Shown piece after piece: positions 9,205-19,329 of a DNA stretch of 56,847 bases; position 1 is the first letter of the stretch; the number at the start of each line of letters is the position of its first letter. Source of the DNA: Nitrospirota bacterium (lineage in GTDB: Bacteria; Nitrospirota; Thermodesulfovibrionia; UBA6902; JACROP01). A model generated the notes under the pieces. The model saw only the letters and a program-made list of their open reading frames with translations, searched no databases and was not told the DNA's origin. The stretch spans positions 1 through 56,847 of the forward strand of contig JACROP010000108.1 of the NCBI GenBank assembly GCA_016214385.1, in the 5' to 3' direction. The translations under genes were made by a program, and so were the position numbers.

Positions 9205-9936
9205 ATGAAGTGTGATGTCCTGACCCTCTTTCCAGATATTATAGAGGCATATCTCGGAGAGAGCATTTTAAAGAGGGCAAGGCAGAAAGACATCCTTGAT
9301 ATCAGGATTCATAATATAAGGGATTTTGCCCAGGACAGGCATAAGACTGTAGATGACTACCCCTTCGGGGGTGGGGCTGGTATGGTGCTTAAACCCGAGC
9401 CTGTATTCAGGGCAGTGGATTTTATTAAGTCCAATGGGGAGCCGATACGGGTTGTCCTCCTCAGTCCGCAGGGAAGGCCTTTTGACCAGAGGATGGCTGA
9501 GGAATTCTCAAAAGAAAAGAGGAGGATTGTTTTTATATGCGGCCGCTATGAGGGGATTGACGAAAGGGTAAAGATTGCCCTTGTAGATGATGAAGTCTCA
9601 ATAGGCGACTATGTAATTACTGGCGGTGAGCTGGCAGCCCTTGTTATAATTGATGCCTCTGTCAGGTTAATCCCTGGAGCGCTTGGAGACGAAAGGTCGG
9701 CAGAGGAAGAATCTTTTTCGTGGGGACTGCTGGATTATCCGCACTATACAAGGCCCAGAGAGTTTCATGGTCTTAAAGTGCCAGAGGTGCTTGTTTCAGG
9801 GAACCATAAAGAGATATGGCTCTGGAGGAGGAGAGAGGCATTGAAAAAGACAATGCGGATACGGCCTGACCTCTTTGAGAAGATTCAACTTACAGATGAG
9901 GATAAAAAACTGATTTCAGAGATAGAGGAGGAGTAA
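9205..9936 (+). CDS. trmD: tRNA (guanine37-N1)-methyltransferase
   Basis: '[17 protein letters not shown]' and '[20 protein letters not shown]' motifs. Confidence 0.96.
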   Translation: MKCDVLTLFPDIIEAYLGESILKRARQKDILDIRIHNIRDFAQDRHKTVDDYPFGGGAGMVLKPEPVFRAVDFIKSNGEPIRVVLLSPQGRPFDQRMAEEFSKEKRRIVFICGRYEGIDERVKIALVDDEVSIGDYVITGGELAALVIIDASVRLIPGALGDERSAEEESFSWGLLDYPHYTRPREFHGLKVPEVLVSGNHKEIWLWRRREALKKTMRIRPDLFEKIQLTDEDKKLISEIEEE

Positions 9937-9940
9937 TAAG

Positions 9941-10291
9941 ATGAATGCTATAAAAACCCTGGAGGAGGGCTTCAAAAAGGAAATCCCTGCTTTCAGGATA
10001 GGGGACACTGTCAGGGTAGATCTGAAGGTTATCGAAGGTGATAAGGAGAGGCTACAGGCGTATGAAGGTGTTGTCATTGCCAGGAGCGGAAGCAATACCC
10101 GTGAGACATTCACTGTAAGGAAGGTATCTTACGGTATTGGTGTTGAGAGGATTTTCCCTCTCCATTCCCCAATGATAGAAAGGATTGAGGTTGTTAAGCA
10201 GGGAGATGTAAGGAGGGCAAAACTTTATTATCTGCGCGGCAAGAAGGGCAAGGCAGCGAGGATAAAAGAGAAAGAATATTATCAGCAGTAA
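9941..10291 (+). CDS. rplS: 50S ribosomal protein L19
   Basis: '[30 protein letters not shown]' is the canonical L19 sequence. Confidence 0.96.
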   Translation: MNAIKTLEEGFKKEIPAFRIGDTVRVDLKVIEGDKERLQAYEGVVIARSGSNTRETFTVRKVSYGIGVERIFPLHSPMIERIEVVKQGDVRRAKLYYLRGKKGKAARIKEKEYYQQ

Positions 10292-10312
10292 TCGGTTTTA
10301 TTTATCATACCC

Positions 10313-10948
10313 TTGGGCCAAAAAAAAGGCATAAATTCAATATTCTCATACGATGAAGAAATACGCAAAAATTATCCCCTTATAGCCGGTCTTGATGAGG
10401 CAGGAAGAGGCCCGCTTGCCGGGCCTGTTGTTGCTGCTGCTGTAATACTTCCAGGGAAACTCGCCATTGATGGTCTCAGGGATTCAAAAAAAGTTTTAGA
10501 GGATGAGCGTGAGAGGCTTTTCTGGGATATTCTGTGCGGAAGCCTTGATATAGGTGTCGGCATTGTAGAGTCAGATATCATAGACGGTACAAATATCCTC
10601 AGGGCCACAAAGCTTGCTATGGAAATGGCAATAAAAGAGTTAAATAGAAAGCCAGATATACTTTTGATAGATGCTGTAAGGCTCCAGGATGTCTCCATCC
10701 CGCAGAAATCTATCATTAAGGGCGAGAGCGTGAGCGCCTCAATTGCAGCCGCATCAATAATTGCAAAGGTTGTCAGGGATAGCCTGATGAGGGCCTATCA
10801 TGAGAAATACCCGCTTTACAATTTTATGGAGCACAAAGGATATTCAACGAGACAACACATTGAGTGCCTGCGTCTTCATGGCCCATGCCCCATACATCGA
10901 AAGAGCTTCAGAAAGGTGATGGATATGGGATTGCCTTTTAAGGAATAA
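10313..10948 (+). CDS. rnhB: Ribonuclease HII
   Basis: 'AGLDEAGRGPLAGPVV' catalytic motif. TTG start. Confidence 0.93.
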   Translation: MGQKKGINSIFSYDEEIRKNYPLIAGLDEAGRGPLAGPVVAAAVILPGKLAIDGLRDSKKVLEDERERLFWDILCGSLDIGVGIVESDIIDGTNILRATKLAMEMAIKELNRKPDILLIDAVRLQDVSIPQKSIIKGESVSASIAAASIIAKVVRDSLMRAYHEKYPLYNFMEHKGYSTRQHIECLRLHGPCPIHRKSFRKVMDMGLPFKE

Positions 10949-11027
10949 AATTATTTCCTCAAAATATAGGTCTAATAGGTCATATAAGACCTGTACAGGT
11001 TTTATTACATTTTTTAGTCCTACTTTC

Positions 11028-11894
11028 CTATATCTCGCCAAATGGTATTGGGGCAAAGGTGAGGATGAAGACTGCAAGTGCCAGATAGCCGATAAGCCTT
11101 CTCTTTCTATCGAGTGGTATTTCGGGATGGACGACAGGTGGGTGTTCGAGGCCGAGAATAAACATCAAAAGAGCCCACATCAGCCAGCCCGGCCAGAATA
11201 TAAGACCGAGAAGAAACAGCAGGGGTATCATACTGATAGAGACCCATCTGTGCCTTTCTCCAAAAAGGGCGTATGCAATATGACCGCCGTCAAGCTGGCC
11301 TATTGGAAAGAGATTCAGGGATGTGATAAGGAGGCCAACCCAGCCTGCAAAGGCAACTGGATGAAGGCTGACAGGAAAGGACCCAGGGCCGAGGATTAAT
11401 TTGACCAGGAAATAAAAAATAAACGAAGGGCCAAGGACAAATTCTCCTTTGCTTAATTCTTCGCCTGCTGGTTCTGAGAAGTTCAGGCCCACAATTACAG
11501 CAATTATTGAAATAAGGAATCCTGACAGTGGGCCTGATGCGCCGATATCAATCAACGAGCGCCTGTCCATGACAGGAGGCTTCATTTTTATAATAGCTCC
11601 AAAGGTGCCGATAATATTTGGGGCAGGTATAAAATAGGGCAGGGTGGCAGGTATTGCGTGCCTTTTTGATGTGAAGTAATGGGCAAGCTCATGGGCAAGT
11701 AAAATAATCAGTAGAGATAAAGCGAATGGAATTCCAGATAATATCTTCTGTGGTTCTTTGATTACAGACAGGAGTGCCTTTAGTGGTTCTGCGAGTCCAT
11801 TCGGCTCGTTCTGGACAGCGCCTGCAAGGAGGGTTGTGGCAATTGTGGCAATAAATAATAGGACATGTAGAGGCGTTAGTTTATTAGCGGTCAA
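11028..11894 (-). CDS. Site-2 protease family (peptidase M50) membrane metalloprotease
   Basis: HELAHY zinc motif in a polytopic membrane protein. Confidence 0.85.
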   Translation of the reverse strand: MTANKLTPLHVLLFIATIATTLLAGAVQNEPNGLAEPLKALLSVIKEPQKILSGIPFALSLLIILLAHELAHYFTSKRHAIPATLPYFIPAPNIIGTFGAIIKMKPPVMDRRSLIDIGASGPLSGFLISIIAVIVGLNFSEPAGEELSKGEFVLGPSFIFYFLVKLILGPGSFPVSLHPVAFAGWVGLLITSLNLFPIGQLDGGHIAYALFGERHRWVSISMIPLLFLLGLIFWPGWLMWALLMFILGLEHPPVVHPEIPLDRKRRLIGYLALAVFILTFAPIPFGEI

Positions 11895-11913
11895 TTATTT
11901 CTCCAAAGTGTCG

Positions 11914-12058
11914 ATAGGGAAGGCTGTCTCAGAATTTTTATAATCGACAGATTATTTATATCTTGTTTTATCCTTTTTAATTTCAAAGTTTTTACCAATT
12001 CCATAATGTTCTTTTTATTTAAGGTGTCGTATAAAAATTCTTCACCAGCCTTCCCTAT
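11914..12058. repeat. 28-nt inverted repeat pair flanking an 89-nt AT-rich segment
   Basis: 'atagggaaggctgtctcagaatttttat' (11914-11941) against the reverse complement of 'ataaaaattcttcaccagccttccctat' (12031-12058). About 22 of 28 positions match. Confidence 0.6.
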
Positions 12059-12097
12059 CCTTTTTATTAGTTTTACTACATTTCCTTGGTTCTATCT

Positions 12098-13477
12098 CTA
12101 TTTTGGGGTGATCTCTCCTATGAGGTCATAGGTCCGGGCTTCTTTAATTTTAACATCAACAATGTCTCCTTTTTTTAAATTATAATTCGACAAGCTCATT
12201 ACTGAAAACTGGTCAGCGGTTACTGGTAACTCAATCAGGGTTACCCCATCTATCTCAGGTGCCTGTCCCTTATACCTGCCGATGAAGACATCTCCATTCA
12301 CCCTCCCCCTCGCCCCCTCCCTCAAAGGGAGGGGGATGGGGGAGGGGAGGATTTCATCTATTAAGACCTTTTCAGTTTTCCCTATCATTGAAATATTTTT
12401 CCTGTAAGATATATCGGCCTGAAGGGCCATAAGCTCTTCTCTTCTTTCCTCTTTGATTTTCCCCGGGATATGGTTCTTCATTCTTGAGGCTGCTGTGCCC
12501 TCTTCCTTTGAATAGGCAAAGACCCCAAGCCTTTCAAATTCAGCCTCTTTTACGAATTTTAGGAGCTCTTTGAAATCATTTTCTGTTTCGCCAGGAAACC
12601 CAACTATCAGGGATGTCCGCAACACTATATCAGATACCCTTTTCCGTATCTTTTCAATAAGCTTTAGGTATTCTTTCCCGCTTCCTTTTCTTCCCATTTT
12701 TTTAAGTATCTCTGGACTACTGTGCTGAAGGGGAATGTCTAAATATTTACAGACTTTTTCCTCACGAGCCATTGTATTAATTAGCTCATCACTTATCTGT
12801 GATGGATAGGTATAGAGCAGTCTCAGCCACTGAAGCCCATTGATACTACAGAGGTTTTTTATAAGTTCTGGAAGGGCATTTTTGTCCCGAATATCGGGAA
12901 GGTCTATGCCGTAATTTGTTGTGTCCTGGGCAACGAGGATTAATTCTTTAACGCCATCGCTTATAAGGGAATGTGCTTCTTTTAAAAGTTCTTCGGAGGC
13001 TATGCTTTTGTAAGGCCCCCTGATTGATGGAATGACACAGTAAGTGCAGGCATTATTACAGCCCTCTGCAATCTTTAAGTATGCATAATGCTGATGGTCA
13101 AGCCTTGGTCTTGCTACTCTGGCGTTAAATGATTTTTTGTCTGCTCCGTCTGTTAGATATTCAATAATTTTTCTTTCTTCTCCGACGCCGAAGAAGGCGT
13201 TAACCTCTGAGAGTTCCTGCTTTAGTTCTTTCATATAACGTTCAGGAAGGCAGCCAAAGACCACAAGTTTTTTATTGAATTTCGATGCCTCAAAAATTGT
13301 CTCAATGGATTCTCTTTTTGCATCTTCAATAAAAGAACAGGTATTAACGAGAATTACATCGGCATCTTCAGGCTCAGAAGAGAGATAAATGTCGTTCTGC
13401 TGAAGCCCTGATAGGAGGTGTTCTCCGTCTACCTGATTTTTTGGGCAGCCGAGGTTTATTAAAAAAGCTTTTTTCAT
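12098..13477 (-). CDS. rimO: Ribosomal protein S12 methylthiotransferase RimO (MiaB family)
   Basis: UPF0004 N-domain 'NLGCPKNQVDGE', radical SAM 'CNNACTYC' and a C-terminal TRAM domain. It carries an in-frame palindromic insert at 12301-12349. Confidence 0.88.
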   Translation of the reverse strand: MKKAFLINLGCPKNQVDGEHLLSGLQQNDIYLSSEPEDADVILVNTCSFIEDAKRESIETIFEASKFNKKLVVFGCLPERYMKELKQELSEVNAFFGVGEERKIIEYLTDGADKKSFNARVARPRLDHQHYAYLKIAEGCNNACTYCVIPSIRGPYKSIASEELLKEAHSLISDGVKELILVAQDTTNYGIDLPDIRDKNALPELIKNLCSINGLQWLRLLYTYPSQISDELINTMAREEKVCKYLDIPLQHSSPEILKKMGRKGSGKEYLKLIEKIRKRVSDIVLRTSLIVGFPGETENDFKELLKFVKEAEFERLGVFAYSKEEGTAASRMKNHIPGKIKEERREELMALQADISYRKNISMIGKTEKVLIDEILPSPIPLPLREGARGRVNGDVFIGRYKGQAPEIDGVTLIELPVTADQFSVMSLSNYNLKKGDIVDVKIKEARTYDLIGEITPK

Positions 13478-13929
13478 TTGTCGGAGTTCTCCGTAGGCCG
13501 ATTCTTTGAATAATTTGTCACTGCCTTATGAATTATATAATAACTCGCTGCAGCAGATATAAGGCCGAGGACTGTTGTCCCTACAAAAAATGGCAGGATT
13601 AACGGGCTCAGTTTATCCAGAAGATATATAAAGGTCATCTGATTCCAGTCAATATCCGGGAGGATTTCTTCCATACCGGTTAATTTAGCCCCGAACCAAA
13701 GACTGAAGGTATAAATCGGAATGATGGTCAGGGGGTTTGTAATGTATACCCCAACAACTGCAGCAAATTTGTTAAGACGTAAGAGCCACGCGAGGGCAAA
13801 AGCTCCAATGGTGTGAAAACCAAAAAAAGGAGACATACCAATAAAGATGCCCATTGCAAAAGAGATCGCAATACGGTGAGGAGTGTCTTTTATGCGAATA
13901 ATTTCTCTTAGTTTAGCTTTAAATCCCAT
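13474..13929 (-). CDS. DUF2062 membrane protein
   Basis: 'TPHRIAISFAMGIFIGMSPFFGFHT' and three TM segments. Confidence 0.75.
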   Translation of the reverse strand: MGFKAKLREIIRIKDTPHRIAISFAMGIFIGMSPFFGFHTIGAFALAWLLRLNKFAAVVGVYITNPLTIIPIYTFSLWFGAKLTGMEEILPDIDWNQMTFIYLLDKLSPLILPFFVGTTVLGLISAAASYYIIHKAVTNYSKNRPTENSDK

Positions 13930-13973
13930 TGCCTTAAAAATCAGCTCATCACGAATTGTTGTGGTAAATAATT

Positions 13974-14058
13974 AAATCCAAATTCCAAAATCCAAATGCC
14001 AAAGGAAGTTCAAAATCCAAATGTCAAATATTTGAAATTTGAACTTTGTCATTTGGAC
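13974..14058. repeat. Tandem AAATCCA-type simple repeat ending in a hairpin over the thiL stop
   Basis: 'aaatccaaattccaaaatccaaatgccaaa...caaaatccaaatgtcaaa'. There is an inverted arm 'tccaaatgtcaaa' / 'tttgtcatttgga'. Confidence 0.65.
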
Positions 14059-15065
14059 TTTTTAAAATGTTCATAGCCTTCAGGCCTGAATGGTGTCTCC
14101 TTGCCTGATGCATCCACCATGACTCTGCCTTTATTAGTTATTTCTCCAATCAGAGTCCCATTGACCTTTGACCCGGCAGGAGCTGTGAAAAGAAGCTCGT
14201 AATCCTCTCCGCCTTTCAGGGCAAGCTCTATCGGATTTATCTTCATCAGTTTTGAGGCTGATAAAAGCTCTTTGGAGATGGGTATTTTATTGAGATAAAT
14301 CTTTGCTCCTACATTGCTCTCCTCACATATGTGGCAGAGGTCTATAAGAAGGCCATCGCTTATATCTATCATGGCTGTTATGCCTGTTGTTGTTTTCAGG
14401 AATCTTGGCTCAGGCATTAGATGTCTCTTTAAAAGGGGAAGAACATTATAAAGGGAAAGTTGTGAATGGTAAATCTTAAAATTTAAATTTTTCATTTTGC
14501 ATTTTTCATTTTGCATTTTAACAGGTCTTTTCAGTCTTTTTAAGAGTATAAGCCCCATTGCAGAGTCTCCGAGGGTGCCGGTTACAAAGATGCTATCTCC
14601 TGCCCTCGCTCCTGAGCGTTTTATAACTGTATCGGTCTCGCCGAGGAGAGTTCCGCTCAGTATTAACCCATGTTTTGATGCGCATGTGTCCCCTCCGATT
14701 ATCTCTATTTTGTGTTTTTCTGCTAATGTCTTAATCCCTGAATAAAGTTCATCTATAGCCTGAGAGGTGTAACCACCAGGGATGCCAAGACCCAGGAGAA
14801 AATACTTTGGAGTGCCTCCCATTGCGCTGATATCGCTTATGTTTACTGCGAGGGTCTTATAGCCGAGCTGCAAAAGGGTGTAAAACCTGAGGTCAAAATG
14901 GATGCCCTCAAGGAGCATGTCAGTTGTAATGAGGAGCTTTTTCTTTGAAGGCCTGAGGGCTGCTGCATCATCTCCTATGCCTTCAAGCACCTGAGGGGAA
15001 ATCTTTTGCAGCGACTTTTTTAGCCTTCTTATAAGGCCGAACTCGCCAAGCTCTGAGAGCTTCAT
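14049..15065 (-). CDS. thiL: Thiamine-monophosphate kinase
   Basis: 'GIGDDAA', 'DISDG' and AIR-synthase-like domains. It contains an in-frame repeat insert at 14475-14520. Confidence 0.9.
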   Translation of the reverse strand: MKLSELGEFGLIRRLKKSLQKISPQVLEGIGDDAAALRPSKKKLLITTDMLLEGIHFDLRFYTLLQLGYKTLAVNISDISAMGGTPKYFLLGLGIPGGYTSQAIDELYSGIKTLAEKHKIEIIGGDTCASKHGLILSGTLLGETDTVIKRSGARAGDSIFVTGTLGDSAMGLILLKRLKRPVKMQNEKCKMKNLNFKIYHSQLSLYNVLPLLKRHLMPEPRFLKTTTGITAMIDISDGLLIDLCHICEESNVGAKIYLNKIPISKELLSASKLMKINPIELALKGGEDYELLFTAPAGSKVNGTLIGEITNKGRVMVDASGKETPFRPEGYEHFKKSK

Positions 15066-15079
15066 TTAAAACTAATTTC

Positions 15080-17476
15080 TCACTTCCTGTTTCTCGTATT
15101 TGCTTTTGAGGATTGGTGGCGACGTAACTTGCCGTTTTTAAGTGCGACATCGAGCACATCGTCCATTGTCTCTGCAAAGATAAACTCCATATCCTTTTTT
15201 ATGTATTTAGGTAGATCCTCGAGATCTTTCTTGTTCCTCTTTGGTATTATTACTTTTTTAATACCCATTCGCCTTGCAGCTAAAGTCTTTTCTTTTAACC
15301 CTCCTATGGGAAGTACCCTTCCCCTCAGAGTAACCTCACCTGTCATTGCAATGTTTTTGTTTACAGGTCTGCCTATGATGGCAGATGCGAGGGCAGTGGC
15401 CATGGTGATGCCGGCTGATGGCCCGTCTTTTGGTATTGCCCCGGCAGGCACATGGACGTGGATATCATTTTTTGAAAAAATCTCTTCATTAATGCCGAGG
15501 GTTTTTGACCTTGAGCGTATATAACTCAGGGCTGCCTGGGCTGACTCTTTCATCACATCTCCTAAATGGCCTGTAAGGGTGAGATGGCCTTTACCTTTCA
15601 TGGTGGTAGCTTCTATGTAGATTATGTCGCCTCCTGCCTCTGTCCATGCAAGGCCTGTTGCGACTCCGACTTCATCCTTTTCCATTTCCTCTTCTGGGAG
15701 AAATTTTGGCACACCAAGATATTTATCCAGGTTCCTGGGGAGTATCCTGTAGAGCTTGTCCTTGCCCTCAGCGATTTTCCTTGCAACCTTTCTAAAGATG
15801 TTGGCTATCTCGCGCTCTAAATTTCTTACCCCTGCCTCTCGTGTATACTGGGAGATAAGCTGGAGCACGGCCTCATCGTTTATTTTGAGGTTCTTTTCCG
15901 TAATGCCGTGTTCCTTCAATTGTTTCGGAATAAGGTAGTTCTTTGCTATACCGAGTTTTTCCTCTGCAGTGTAGCCTGCGAGTGTTATTATCTCCATCCT
16001 GTCCCTCAGGGGTGAAGGAATAGGGTCAATCAGATTGCCTGTCGTTATGAACATTACATTACTCAAATCAAAAGGAACCCCGAGGTAATGGTCTGTAAAA
16101 GAAGAATTCTGCTCTGGATCTAAAACCTCCAGGAGTGCTGAGGCAGGGTCCCCCCTGAAGTCCATGCCAATCTTGTCTACCTCATCTAACATAAATACAG
16201 GGTTGTTGGTGTTTGCTGTTTTTATGCCCTGGATTATTCTGCCTGGAAGGGCGCCGACATAAGTCCTCCTGTGCCCTCTTATTTCTGCCTCATCCCTCAT
16301 CCCTCCAAGGGACATCCTGGCAAACTCCCTTCCGAGTGCCCGTGCAATGGATTTTCCAAGAGAAGTTTTTCCAACACCTGGCGGGCCAATGAAGCAGAGG
16401 ATCGGGCCCTTCATTTTCTCTTTGAGCTTCCTGACTCCTAAATATTCGAGTATCCTTTCCTTTACACGCTCAAGGTCATAGTGGTCCTCATCAAGGACTT
16501 TTTTTGCAGCCTTTAAATCAAGATTGTCCTGAGTACTCTTTGCCCATGGTAGCTCTATAAGCCAGTCTACATAGGTTCTTATTGTGCCGGCCTCTGCACT
16601 ATCAGGATGCATCTTCTCGAGCCGCTTGAGTTGTTTATTGGCCTCTTTCTCCACCTTTTCAGGCATCTTTGCCTCTTGTATCTTTTTCTTCATCTCCTGA
16701 ATTTCTTCTGCCCTTTCATCTATCTCTCCAAGCTCTTTTTGTATGGCCTTTAACTGTTCCCTGAGAAAATACTCCCTCTGGGTCTTGTCTATCTCACCTT
16801 TGGCCTCGGATTGAATCTTTTGTTGCACAAGGAGCAGCTCTACTTCCCTGTTCAGGATCTCGCTTATTCTGCTAAGCCTCACTACAGGGTCTGTTATTTC
16901 AATTATCTCCTGGGCCTGTTCAGACTTAAGGCCGAGGTTGGATGCTACTAAATCAGCGAGTCTGCCTGGCTCGTCGACATTTTCTACGACAACCATTATG
17001 TCTGGCAGTATTGCCTTGCCGAGGGATACTAATTTATCGAGCTGTTCTTTTACATTACGCATAAGGGCCTCGATCTCAAGGGTCAGCTCAGGAATCTTCG
17101 GGTCAACAATCTTCTGTATCTGACCTACATAGAAAGGCTCTGTCTGAGTAAATTTCAATACCCTTGCCTTTGCAAGTCCCTGCACAAGGATTTTTATCCT
17201 TCCGTCAGGAAGCTTGAGCATCCTCATTATCATCCCCACTGTACCTGTGGTGTAAAGGTCATCTTTGGTAGGGGTTTCTACATTCAAATCTCTCTGGGTC
17301 AGGAGCATTACCATGCGGTTGCCGGCAAGGGCATGCTCAATGGCTTTGATGGACATTTCCCTGCCGACAAATAACGGGAGAATCATGTAAGGAAATATCA
17401 CTATGTCCCTGACAGGCAGAATTGGCAGTTTATCCGGGATTTCTATTTCGTGCTCTTCTTTTATCTCAAATGCCAT
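15080..17476 (-). CDS. lon: ATP-dependent Lon protease
   Basis: LON N-domain, Walker A 'GPPGVGKTS' and the catalytic 'KDGPSAG' Ser site. Confidence 0.97.
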   Translation of the reverse strand: MAFEIKEEHEIEIPDKLPILPVRDIVIFPYMILPLFVGREMSIKAIEHALAGNRMVMLLTQRDLNVETPTKDDLYTTGTVGMIMRMLKLPDGRIKILVQGLAKARVLKFTQTEPFYVGQIQKIVDPKIPELTLEIEALMRNVKEQLDKLVSLGKAILPDIMVVVENVDEPGRLADLVASNLGLKSEQAQEIIEITDPVVRLSRISEILNREVELLLVQQKIQSEAKGEIDKTQREYFLREQLKAIQKELGEIDERAEEIQEMKKKIQEAKMPEKVEKEANKQLKRLEKMHPDSAEAGTIRTYVDWLIELPWAKSTQDNLDLKAAKKVLDEDHYDLERVKERILEYLGVRKLKEKMKGPILCFIGPPGVGKTSLGKSIARALGREFARMSLGGMRDEAEIRGHRRTYVGALPGRIIQGIKTANTNNPVFMLDEVDKIGMDFRGDPASALLEVLDPEQNSSFTDHYLGVPFDLSNVMFITTGNLIDPIPSPLRDRMEIITLAGYTAEEKLGIAKNYLIPKQLKEHGITEKNLKINDEAVLQLISQYTREAGVRNLEREIANIFRKVARKIAEGKDKLYRILPRNLDKYLGVPKFLPEEEMEKDEVGVATGLAWTEAGGDIIYIEATTMKGKGHLTLTGHLGDVMKESAQAALSYIRSRSKTLGINEEIFSKNDIHVHVPAGAIPKDGPSAGITMATALASAIIGRPVNKNIAMTGEVTLRGRVLPIGGLKEKTLAARRMGIKKVIIPKRNKKDLEDLPKYIKKDMEFIFAETMDDVLDVALKNGKLRRHQSSKANTRNRK

Positions 17477-18360
17477 TATGTCTCCTTTTTGGACATCGTT
17501 ATTAAAGATACCAGATACTCTCTGAACCGGCTGTTAACCTGGTGGTTTTTTAATGCTAATTCAACGGTGGCCTGAAGGTATCCGAACTTGTCGCCTGCAT
17601 CATAACGTTTTCCTCTAAAGAGATAGCCGTAGATGGCCCTTTTTTTGAGGAGAGCCTTAAGGGCATCTGTTAGCTGGATCTCTCCGCCTTTCCCTGTATC
17701 AGTAGCCTCAATAGTGTTGAATATATCAGGGGTAAGGATATAGCGGCCAATGATTGCAATATTCGAAGGTGCATCTGACGGCCTTGGCTTTTCAATGAGG
17801 TCAGAAATTTTGAATAGATCCTTTTCAATCTCTTTTCCCTTTATAATGCCGTAGCGATGGATCTCATCTTCTGGCACGGCCTCAAGGGCAAGTATTGGAG
17901 ATTGGTAAATACTGTAAAGCCTCAACATATCTCCTAAGAGGTCACAATCAGGGTCTATTATGTCATCACTCAGAATAACGGCAAAAGGCTCATCCTTTAC
18001 AAATGGTTTTGAGCAGAGTATTGCATGGCCCAGGCCGAGTGGTGCCCGTTGCCTTATATATGCAAACTGCAGGTGGTTCAGCCTCTGGATTTCATCGAGG
18101 AGGGCCTTTTTGCCCTTTTTTCTGAGGTCTTCCTCAAGTTCCATGGCAGAGTCAAAGTGGTCTTCTATTGCCCTTTTATATTTGCCTGTGATTATTATGA
18201 ATTCCTCTATGCCGCATTTCTCTGCCTCTTCAACCGCATACTGTATCATTGGCTTGTCCACGATTGGCAGCATCTCTTTTGGTGATGCCTTTGTGGCAGG
18301 CAGAAAACGCGTGCCAAGCCCTGCTGCTGGAAATATTGCTTTTTTAACAATTTTACTCAT
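17476..18360 (-). CDS. galU: UTP-glucose-1-phosphate uridylyltransferase
   Basis: '[31 protein letters not shown]' signature. Confidence 0.95.
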   Translation of the reverse strand: MSKIVKKAIFPAAGLGTRFLPATKASPKEMLPIVDKPMIQYAVEEAEKCGIEEFIIITGKYKRAIEDHFDSAMELEEDLRKKGKKALLDEIQRLNHLQFAYIRQRAPLGLGHAILCSKPFVKDEPFAVILSDDIIDPDCDLLGDMLRLYSIYQSPILALEAVPEDEIHRYGIIKGKEIEKDLFKISDLIEKPRPSDAPSNIAIIGRYILTPDIFNTIEATDTGKGGEIQLTDALKALLKKRAIYGYLFRGKRYDAGDKFGYLQATVELALKNHQVNSRFREYLVSLITMSKKET

Positions 18361-18428
18361 AATTTGTTATATATATTAACATTAATGTCTTGATTGTGAA
18401 AGGGGGGGAGTGTAATATGAGGCTGAGG

Positions 18429-18458
18429 TTGACAACCCCATAGCCTTAAGTGATAATT
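18429..18458 (+). promoter_or_regulatory. Candidate promoter for the MNT/HepT pair (near-leaderless)
   Basis: TTGACA (18429-18434), a 17-nt spacer, then GATAAT (18452-18457). The ATG at 18463 follows only 5 nt later, with no SD. Confidence 0.35.
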
Positions 18459-18462
18459 AGAC

Positions 18463-18888
18463 ATGATAAAATTTGAAAGATTGCCAGCAGATATCCTGTC
18501 AAGAATCCTTGAGGGGAAAAAGATTCTTGTTAAAGATGACAATGTTATTTTTGTATACATCTTTGGTGGGCTTGCTGAAGGTGACGCCAAACCTCTTTCT
18601 GATATCGATATCGCTGTTTATCTAAGAGACACGAGCAATCTTGTCGAATACAAACTTCAGCTTTTCGATAAACTTACAGATGCCCTTGGGACAAGCGAAC
18701 TTGACCTTATAATACTTAATACAGCCCCTATCAGCCTTACAGGAAGGATTTTGCAAAAGAAACAGACCCTTGTAGATAAGGAGCCACCAATTCGCCATGC
18801 CTATGAATCAATAACATTGAGGGAATTTTTTGATTTTAAAGTAAAAGAGGATGCCTTCTTTGCAAGGAGGTATGGAGTTGGTAGATAA
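18463..18888 (+). CDS. mntA: MNT-type nucleotidyltransferase antitoxin (type VII TA)
   Basis: 'GGLAEGDAKPLSDIDIAV' GSx10DxD-like nucleotidyltransferase motif. Confidence 0.8.
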   Translation: MIKFERLPADILSRILEGKKILVKDDNVIFVYIFGGLAEGDAKPLSDIDIAVYLRDTSNLVEYKLQLFDKLTDALGTSELDLIILNTAPISLTGRILQKKQTLVDKEPPIRHAYESITLREFFDFKVKEDAFFARRYGVGR

Positions 18889-19309
18889 GGCTGTTGTCCT
18901 TAGAAAGATTTCAGAACTCGAAATATATCAGAAGCAGATAAGAGAGTTTTCTAATATAACACTCCAGGCCTATAAGGCAGACTGGAAAACCCAGCGTATT
19001 GTTGAAAGGACTCTCCAGATAATGATAGAGACCTGTGCAGACATTGCTAATCACATTGTCTCTGATAGAGGTATGAGATCTCCCACGAGTTATGCTGATA
19101 CATTTAAGGTCTTGTTCGAGAACAATATTATTGTTCCAGAGCTATTTACCATCATGGAAAAAATGGCCAAGTTCAGGAATGTTGTTATCCATCAGTATGA
19201 AGAGGTGGATGCTGAGATTGTAGTTGTTATCCTGAAAAAGCATCTCGGAGATTTTGAAAGATTTAAAGATGCAGTTCTGGCGTATCTGAAAAGTTCTCCG
19301 GAAGCCTGA
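18872..19309 (+). CDS. hepT: HepT (DUF86) RNase toxin
   Basis: 'FRNVVIHQYEEVD' Rx4HxY motif. It overlaps mntA. The start is ambiguous (18851 ATG, 18872 ATG or 18878 TTG). Confidence 0.8.
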   Translation: MELVDKAVVLRKISELEIYQKQIREFSNITLQAYKADWKTQRIVERTLQIMIETCADIANHIVSDRGMRSPTSYADTFKVLFENNIIVPELFTIMEKMAKFRNVVIHQYEEVDAEIVVVILKKHLGDFERFKDAVLAYLKSSPEA

Positions 19310-19329
19310 TTTTTAAATAGGGTGACACA

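Noticed and set aside
10949-11027. Possible terminator between convergent rnhB and the M50 protease gene
   Set aside because: Only a short palindrome (acctgtacaggt) with a 4-bp stem was found, which is too weak to call.
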